In this document: piece by piece, positions 57,840 to 64,000 of the stretch
Position numbering within the stretch: the first letter of the stretch is position 1
How the letters are laid out: each line of letters opens with the position of its first letter
NCBI GenBank assembly: GCA_020632235.1
Contig: JACKFY010000001.1
Location: forward strand, 93,602-157,601
DNA from: Pseudomonadales bacterium
GTDB lineage: Bacteria; Patescibacteriota; Microgenomatia; UBA1400; PJMF01
Direction of reading: 5' to 3'
DNA: 64,000 nucleotides
Notes under the pieces: model-generated
The model's input: only the letters and a program-made list of their open reading frames with translations
Database searches by the model: none
Told to the model about the DNA's origin: nothing
Position numbers and translations under genes: made by a program

Positions 57840-60062
57840 TTATACTAGTTTTTTGGTACGCAGCCTGAGAGCGTTACCTACTACGCTGACGCTTGAAAAT
57901 GCCATGGCGGCCCCTGCCATGATGGGGTTAAGAATTATGCCAGCCACAGGGTAGAGTATGCCCATCCCCACAGGAATAAGTATGACATTGTAGGCAAACG
58001 CCCAAAATAAATTTTGCTTGATATTTGTCATAGTTTTTTTGGACAGGTCGAGAGCTGTGGGAACTAAACTAATATCACTTCTTAGTAATGTTATCCCAGC
58101 TGACTCAATTGCTACGTCAGTACCTCCGCCCATAGCAATACTGACATCAGCTGCCGCTAGGGCCGGAGCATCATTAATGCCGTCGCCCACCATAGCAACA
58201 CCCCCATACTTTTTTCTTAATTGGCGGATGAAGTGTTCTTTATCAGCAGGCAATACTTCTGAGCGAACTTCTTTGATACCAAGTTGCTTTGCAATACTCT
58301 CGGCAGTGTGTTTATTATCTCCAGTTACCATGACGGGCGTGATTCTCATTTTTTGTAAGGCAGAGATAACTGATCTTGAGGATTCTTTTACGCTATCTGC
58401 AATACCATACACAGCTGCGTGCGTGCCGTTGATTGCTACATGCACAACTGACTGAGCCTGTTTTTGCCAGTCAGAGGCTGCTGCCACTAGTTCTGGATCA
58501 ACGTGTATTTTTTGTGAAGTAAGAAAGCTGAGAGTGCCAATCAGAACGCTACCTGTACCGACAGTAGCAGAAACACCTCTGCCAGCATGGTCTTTAAATT
58601 GAGCTATCTCTTGCACTTTTTTGTTTTTGGTGGAAGTAAATGCAACAAGTGCTTGAGCCAAAGGGTGATGAGAGAGTGATTCAACAGCCAAGACCGCAGC
58701 ATCAACATCTTTTTTACTACCATTATCTGCGTACTCGCCTTGTTTGACTTCTGGCTTGCCGTCTGTGAGCGTGCCTGTTTTGTCAAACGCAATTACCCTC
58801 ACTTTACCAGCAATTTCTAGTGCTTGGGCGTCTTTGATTAAGATGCCTGACTGAGCTCCACGTCCAATACCCACCATGAGCGAGGTGGGAGTAGCCAAAC
58901 CCAACGCACACGGACACGCGATAATAAGCACATTAATCATACTGACTAGTGCTGTGAGAAATCTTGGTTCTGGTCCAAAAAACCACCAAGCAACAAAGGT
59001 AATTAGCGAAAGTATAATCACTGTGGGAACAAAGTACGACGCGATAGTATCAACAAGCGCCTGAATGGGCGGTCGAGAACCTTGTGCTTGTTGCACAAGT
59101 GTGATGATAGTGGCAAGCATGGTGTCACTACCCACTTTTGTTGCTTTCATTTGAATAGCGCCTGATTGATTGATGGTTGCACCGATCACATCATCACCCA
59201 CTTGTTTGCTCACCGGAATGCTTTCACCCGTGACCATGCTTTCATCAATTGCCGATGAACCTTTCGTAATAACTCCATCAACAGGTACTTTTTTGCCTGG
59301 TTTTATAAGCAACACGTCACCTACTTGCACCTCCTCAAGAGGAATTTGTTTCCAATCTGCGCCCGTTTTAATCCAAGCAGTTGTAGCTTGTAGTCCTAAC
59401 AATTCTTTGATGGCAGATGACGTTTTTGCTTTCGCCCTTATTTCCAAAAACTTTCCCAAGAGAATAAAGGTGATGATGGCTGCTGATGCCTCAAAGTAGA
59501 CATGTGTTGCTACCCCCTGACTGGTCAACCAGTCTTGAAAGAGCACCACCAACGTAGAGAAAAAATAGGCAGCAGATGTCCCGAGTGCTACGAGTGTGTC
59601 CATGTTAGCCGAGAAATTTTTAAGCCCCGACCAAGCACCTTGGTAAAATCGTTTTCCCGCCCAAAACTGCACGGGTGTGGCAAGCGCCCACTGCAACCAA
59701 GGGTTGTGGAGTGCCTCTGGTGCTCCGGGCAACATGCTTGCTATGAGAGTGAGCGCAAGCACTCCACTTACCATGAGTTTTTTCTTGAGATCTGCCAGCT
59801 CTGCTACTCGTTCTTTTTCTGCAATATCGGTGCTGGCAGCCGCACCAATATGTGCAGTGTACCCAATGTCTGATACGGCTTGGGTGATACCAGCAGACTC
59901 TATCTTTGTTGCATCAAAATCAACAGTTGCTTGCTGGTTCGCATAGTTGACGGTTGCTTGGGTTACTCCATCTGTTTTTCTGAGCTTTCGTTGAATGTTA
60001 GTAGCACAGCTGGCGCAGTGCATACCAGAAACATGGAATGAGATAGACTGCTGTTTAGACAT
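57840..60062 (-). CDS. copA: Copper-translocating P1B-type ATPase
   Basis: N-terminal HMA (GMHCASCATNI), CPC (ACPCALGLATP), DKTGT (AFDKTGTLT), HP and GDGINDAP. The start is set at ATG 60062 (MSKQQSISF), overlapping the regulator stop by 8 nt. Confidence 0.95.
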   Translation of the reverse strand: MSKQQSISFHVSGMHCASCATNIQRKLRKTDGVTQATVNYANQQATVDFDATKIESAGITQAVSDIGYTAHIGAAASTDIAEKERVAELADLKKKLMVSGVLALTLIASMLPGAPEALHNPWLQWALATPVQFWAGKRFYQGAWSGLKNFSANMDTLVALGTSAAYFFSTLVVLFQDWLTSQGVATHVYFEASAAIITFILLGKFLEIRAKAKTSSAIKELLGLQATTAWIKTGADWKQIPLEEVQVGDVLLIKPGKKVPVDGVITKGSSAIDESMVTGESIPVSKQVGDDVIGATINQSGAIQMKATKVGSDTMLATIITLVQQAQGSRPPIQALVDTIASYFVPTVIILSLITFVAWWFFGPEPRFLTALVSMINVLIIACPCALGLATPTSLMVGIGRGAQSGILIKDAQALEIAGKVRVIAFDKTGTLTDGKPEVKQGEYADNGSKKDVDAAVLAVESLSHHPLAQALVAFTSTKNKKVQEIAQFKDHAGRGVSATVGTGSVLIGTLSFLTSQKIHVDPELVAAASDWQKQAQSVVHVAINGTHAAVYGIADSVKESSRSVISALQKMRITPVMVTGDNKHTAESIAKQLGIKEVRSEVLPADKEHFIRQLRKKYGGVAMVGDGINDAPALAAADVSIAMGGGTDVAIESAGITLLRSDISLVPTALDLSKKTMTNIKQNLFWAFAYNVILIPVGMGILYPVAGIILNPIMAGAAMAFSSVSVVGNALRLRTKKLV

Positions 60063-60534
60063 ACTTGGCAGGCTCTTTTTTGAATATTGATACACAGCCA
60101 CTCGCACAAAAGTAGTAGTCTTGTGCATCGTGTAATACGTGAAAGCCAGCGGTTTTTGGCGAAACCCGCATACCACATACGGGGTCTTGGACGATCGGCA
60201 CGAGTTCGCTCATACGCAGGAGAAGCTCACCTGCCAGAGGCGTATCTTTGTGTTTCACGATGAGTACTTGGCGCAAAAGGTCAGAAGCCTCCATAATACG
60301 TATGTCGGCAACTTTGTAGTACACCTGCTTGCCTTCACGCCTAGTGATCACAACCCCTGCATCACGCAAGATCATTAAATGTTGACTGACGTTTGCCTGG
60401 GGCAGATCAAGCATGGTGTGAATGTCAGAGACGGGTAGTTCTTGGCCGCGCAGTAGATGGATGATCTCCAGGCGCCTCGGGTGAGCTAAGGCCTTGAGCA
60501 AGTCCGCGTGCAGTTGAAACATTTCTGAATACAT
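60055..60534 (-). CDS. ArsR/SmtB-family transcriptional regulator with C-terminal TRASH/YHS metal-binding domain
   Basis: wHTH (LKALAHPRRLEIIHLL...VSQHLMILRDAGVV) plus the C-terminal CGMRVSP...YYFCASGC. Confidence 0.8.
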   Translation of the reverse strand: MYSEMFQLHADLLKALAHPRRLEIIHLLRGQELPVSDIHTMLDLPQANVSQHLMILRDAGVVITRREGKQVYYKVADIRIMEASDLLRQVLIVKHKDTPLAGELLLRMSELVPIVQDPVCGMRVSPKTAGFHVLHDAQDYYFCASGCVSIFKKEPAKYV

Positions 60535-60554
60535 ATTCGTATATTAGAATATGT
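60531..60554. promoter_or_regulatory. Inverted repeat ACATATTC-N8-GAATATGT overlapping the regulator start codon (candidate ArsR operator)
   Basis: Read directly from the sequence. 8-bp perfect arms. Confidence 0.5.
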
Positions 60555-60730
60555 TTGTGGGTGTGTCAACAAGCAACTTACCCAAACCTATGCCACACTC
60601 CCTCTGACACAACTTCGCTATTTAATCCGTCTGCAATGAGTGATGAGTCATCATCGAGCGCATTACTGATAGTTGCATTGAAGAATCCGGCCGAGGTGAG
60701 GAAGAGCTTCATTTTTGCATTGCAACAACC

Positions 60731-61315
60731 TTAATTGTCGGCGTAGAGCGCCTCACGCTTTGCATACAGCAGTTCAAATTGAGCCCTGCCGTACTCTGTG
60801 ATAAACAAGGGTAGCCTGCGATCTCGCGCCCGCTGCATGTATCTGGCGTTTGAGGCGGCATCAAAACTAGGTTTTGTTTTTCCTGGATCAAGCCCTCCTA
60901 GCGTGTCGGCCTCCATCAAGATAATCTCGTCTGGCTTCGTGAGTACCTGTAGCTTGTCATGGACACCAACCAAGTGCACAATTCTTCGCTTTTGTTCCTG
61001 AGAGAGAAAGTCAAACACATCGTTTTGCAGTAGTGCTTGTATTTTTTCAGCACCAATCTTCATATGAAACTCTTTTGCACTGATCACATCGTCTATTTGG
61101 AGTGGTGAGCCGTTTTGAAATAATCCAGCGTACCCCCAGTCATGAGCATAGGTGGCGATGACGAGCACATCTCTGTTGACTGGTAGATTGGGAGTGTGAT
61201 CAAGAATTTTTTTGGCATACGCCACCACTCGCGGTGTGTGTAATTTGTCCCATCCTGGACGACCAAGTTCAAGCTCTGGAAAGATGGTGGCTCGAAGGAA
61301 TTTTTCGTAGTGCAT
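60731..61315 (-). CDS. HD-domain phosphohydrolase
   Basis: The H...HD...H...D pattern (TYAHDWGY...HLVGVHD). Confidence 0.6.
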   Translation of the reverse strand: MHYEKFLRATIFPELELGRPGWDKLHTPRVVAYAKKILDHTPNLPVNRDVLVIATYAHDWGYAGLFQNGSPLQIDDVISAKEFHMKIGAEKIQALLQNDVFDFLSQEQKRRIVHLVGVHDKLQVLTKPDEIILMEADTLGGLDPGKTKPSFDAASNARYMQRARDRRLPLFITEYGRAQFELLYAKREALYADN

Positions 61316-61348
61316 ACAAACTTTGTTTTTTAAGTTAAAGGTCTATTA

Positions 61349-61735
61349 TCACAGTAATTCCTGGTTCATAAATAGAATCTTTTTTTCTACTGAAGTTTGA
61401 GATGTTTGTATTGACGCCATGGCAATGGCATACTTTGCCACTTGTTCTTCAGAAAAAGGGAGCGTCTTCATATTTAGGGCATAAAATACATCTAGAACTA
61501 TAACTGCAGTTCTTTTATTTCCATCAATAAGTTTATGACCAACACAAATGCGAACAAAGTATTCCGCAGCTATCTGATGAAATGATAAACCTATGGTTGT
61601 TGCTTTGAAATTGATCAACTCTATCAAGCCTACCAACTCTTTGAGTTGCTTCTTTGTTGGCTGGGGAAAGGGTTCAGGGATTTGTTCGAGTAAACTCTTC
61701 AAGTTTTTTGAGTTCAGCAGAATAATCGATGTCAA
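61349..61735 (-). CDS. Doc/Fic-fold toxin-like protein
   Basis: HKLIDGNKRTA matches the Doc HxFx(D/N)GNKR motif. A possible small upstream antitoxin ORF lies at 61674..61910. Confidence 0.5.
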   Translation of the reverse strand: MTSIILLNSKNLKSLLEQIPEPFPQPTKKQLKELVGLIELINFKATTIGLSFHQIAAEYFVRICVGHKLIDGNKRTAVIVLDVFYALNMKTLPFSEEQVAKYAIAMASIQTSQTSVEKKILFMNQELL

Positions 61736-61924
61736 CTTGGCCTTTATCGTATTTTTCTAGAATTTTTAATGTTTTTTTTTGACCAACGGTAATGTGTGTA
61801 GCATCACTAGGCGAATCATACACAAAGGTGCTGGGAAACAGTAGGTTTTTTATGTTTTGAGTTATATTTTTCACACATCCTATTATAGAGAGTAGAGTTG
61901 TAGAATACAACTATCGAGCCTTTG

Positions 61925-62494
61925 CTTGGCGTATTTTATTCTGCGTAGATGGTCACATACTCTCCCTCATTGAGCACAATAATTGGCGTATTCTTATCAA
62001 GAAGTTCGAGTTTCCTTTGTTTTTTTCTTCAATGTTCCAATGACAGAGTGTTTGAATGGGTAGTAGCCCAAGCCCTTGGTGTTTTGTGTCAGAATCTTGG
62101 CAATCAAAAGATAAAACATAGTTTTTTGATGCTAAAAATGCACCCATAGAGCTGCCAACGTACACTTTTCCAGCAAGCTTTTCTTTGAGAAAAGAGAGGC
62201 TTTTGTAGTATGGTTCAAGAAGTTCGGCTTCTCCGCCAGCCACATAGAGCACATCATAATCATCAATGTTGGAAAGTAAATCAGCTACATCTTCAAGAAC
62301 ATGAAACACCACTTGTTTGGCTGTGTTGCTTTGAATTTTGGTCGTGTCTCTGTGGGTGAGTCTTTGCCATTCTTTTTTCTCTCGAGCCCAGTAGCATAAA
62401 AGTATCTTGACCTTGTCTTTTTCAACCAGCTGTGTGAATTGAGAAAAAAACTGAGTGTTTCCTGGTAGATCTTTACCTGTTTCGCCACCGTGTA
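61925..62494 (-). pseudogene. Peptidase S51 (PepE-like) gene. The N-terminus is interrupted by IS3 copy C and the C-terminus is frameshifted in an A7 tract.
   Basis: The track ORF 61953..62312 continues upstream in frame (...KDKVKILLCYWAREKKEWQRL...) up to the IS3 terminus at 62495. The alternative frame after GAAG-AAAAAAA-C gives a PepE-like C-terminus (...KKQRKLELLDKNTPIIVLNEGEYVTIYAE). Confidence 0.5.
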
Positions 62495-62557
62495 TGACCC
62501 GCTCCCCTTATACTTGACACTAATTGTAATTAAAATAGTTGTCAGAAAGGGGGCAAA

Positions 62558-62881
62558 GTGGCAGGAATTTCTAAAGATATTAAGGCCGAAATCATAGCCA
62601 AGGTAAAGGCAGGGCAAAAAGTGGCGGATTTAGCCAAGGCGTATGGAATTAGCACTAAAACCATCTATAACTGGCTGCGAGGTCAAGTAAAAGAGCAGGT
62701 GTCTTGGCGGGAATACAAACGGGTAATGAAGGAAAACCAACAACTTAAGCAAATACTTGGAGTTCTCACACTCGAACTAGAGAAGTTAAAAAAAAGAACA
62801 GAAACTAGTACATTACTTTTGGAAGCACTGCCACATCTGGATAAAACTCTCTTGGCGGATGCTCTTGGTATTTCTAGGTAG
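62558..62881 (+). CDS. IS3 transposase OrfA (copy C)
   Basis: Identical to 1052..1375. Confidence 0.85.
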   Translation: MAGISKDIKAEIIAKVKAGQKVADLAKAYGISTKTIYNWLRGQVKEQVSWREYKRVMKENQQLKQILGVLTLELEKLKKRTETSTLLLEALPHLDKTLLADALGISR

Positions 62882-63661
62882 TGGTTGTACAAAACAGATT
62901 TTATTCAGGTAGAAAAAGACAAGCAGTTAAAGCAACAAATTGAGGAGGTGTAGAGTTCTCACCAGAGCAAAGCCAGTTATGGCTACCGCAGGTTAGCAAT
63001 TGAACTAGGAGTTGGTAAGAAGCGAATTCGCAGATGTATGAAGAAATATGGCTTGAGGCCATACAAAAGAAAAGCCAGATGGCGAAAAAGAAGAGATGAA
63101 CAAAGAAAGCCAGTAGCTTTTGCAAACGAGATTAAAAACCAGTGTCCACTAGTACCCAACCACACTTGGGCTGGAGATTTTACATACTTGCCATTTAAGG
63201 GCAAGTTTATCTACCTAGCTACTTTCATGGATATTTTTACCAGAGAGATAGTGGCTTGGCAAATATCCGATAGACATGACAAAACATTGGTTATGCAAGC
63301 CTTTTTAGATGGCTTAGTTAACCGAGACTTCCAGAAACCAATATACATCCACTCTGACCAAGGAGCAGAATATTGTTCCCAAGATTACACTGACTTAGTG
63401 AAGAATTTTGGGGTTACAATTTCCATGAGTACCAAGGCTTCTCCCTGGGAAAATGGTTACCAAGAATCCTTTTACAACAACTTTAAAACTGACTTAGGCC
63501 TTGAGTTTGACCGCTTCGACGATGAAGGGCACTTTCTGGAAGCAATACACCACACCCTTTAGAGCTACAACCATGAAAGAATTCACTCTGCCTTGAAAAT
63601 GCCACCCTCCAGATTCCATGCCAAGTATTTACAATCCGTGTCTACGAAAAGGGGCGCTTGA
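62882..63661 (+). CDS. IS3 transposase OrfB (copy C), in frame with OrfA and with the same in-frame TAG codons
   Basis: Identical to 1376..2155. Confidence 0.6.
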
Positions 63662-64000
63662 CAAGGTTAGCATTCATGAATGCTTGCTTGGTTGTTTTAA
63701 ACCCATCTATCAGCTCTTGGCTTCTGTGCGCTACGGGATAGTGGATGTCGTTGGTCATGGTTTTGTTACTTTTTTCGTTTAGTTCTGCTCGAGAAATGGT
63801 ATGAATTCGGAAAAATTGACTGGGTCAGCGAGCTGGAGTATCCGGAGTGGACGGTGAAGGAAGTAGGAAGATTCTTGCAATATTGATTGCCCTCCTGCCG
63901 ATTTTGTTTCATACTAAATATAGATGAAAAACCTGCCCAAACTTATTATTTCTGTAATTGGTTGTGAGCTAGTGGGGATTCTGGGGAGCGTGTTTACTGT

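Larger units (their letters stand above)
62495..63663 (+). mobile_element. IS3-family IS, copy C (identical to copy A, same orientation)
   Basis: All ORF translations are identical to copy A. Termini at 62495 (TGACCC) and 63663 (TTGACA). Confidence 0.85.

Noticed and set aside
61674-61910. Small ORF upstream of the Doc-like gene as a Phd/YefM antitoxin
   Set aside because: It overlaps the Doc-like ORF N-terminus by 60 nt and has no recognisable antitoxin motif. Too uncertain to annotate.
1-64000. Genome-wide alternative genetic code (TAG or TGA as sense)
   Set aside because: Conserved genes terminate at biologically expected positions with TAG (argS), TGA (dnaG) and TAA (rpoD, ZIP). Long ORFs are intact under the standard code. 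In-frame TAGs are confined to the IS3 copies.

Overview
This 64 kb window looks like a small, AT-moderate bacterial genome segment (possibly Candidate Phyla Radiation-like). Housekeeping genes are interleaved with an unusually dense set of mobile elements and decayed integration scars. The standard genetic code applies: TAA, TAG and TGA all terminate clearly conserved genes.

Housekeeping and metabolic content:
- argS, galU, dnaG, rpoD, thioredoxin and thioredoxin reductase, glutamate dehydrogenase, a DsbB-like protein and RNase P RNA (rnpB, which the ORF track misses).
- A Fur/Zur-family regulator divergent from a ZIP zinc transporter, with a perfect palindrome between them.
- An OmpR-type response regulator and histidine kinase preceded by a small LTXXQ-like secreted protein.
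- An NfeD plus stomatin/SPFH pair flanked by two tRNA-Ser genes.
- A cluster of GT-C-like polytopic membrane glycosyltransferase-like paralogs.
- A long minus-strand copper operon: ArsR-TRASH regulator, CopA P-type ATPase, a CcdA fused to a cupredoxin-like domain, CopZ, a YedZ/ferric-reductase-like protein and a cytochrome b5-domain protein.

Mobile elements:
- Three IS3-family copies. A and C are identical, in direct orientation, and flank about 60 kb. B is inverted.
- Two IS481-like copies, each with a clean 5-bp target-site duplication. One is intact and one is decayed.
- A third IS481-type transposase, a frameshifted IS30, an IS200/IS605 tnpA nested next to the IS30, and an IS1595 transposase.

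Most notable observations:
1. The IS3 transposase is encoded as one continuous reading frame broken only by conserved in-frame TAG codons. It therefore needs amber readthrough rather than the canonical -1 frameshift.
2. About 150-200 nt repeats derived from tRNA-Ser 3' ends sit beside tRNA genes and island borders, consistent with serial site-specific integration at tRNA-Ser.
3. Frameshifts recur exactly at A7-A9 homopolymers in an aquaporin gene, a PepE-like gene and others, pointing to sequencing error or phase variation.
4. An uncharacterised AAA(DUF4143) ATPase plus SWIM zinc-finger pair and an overlapping pair of hypothetical genes sit inside the integration hotspot.
5. Two DUF2726 nuclease-like genes are present.
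6. The copper operon has unusual domain fusions and a candidate operator.
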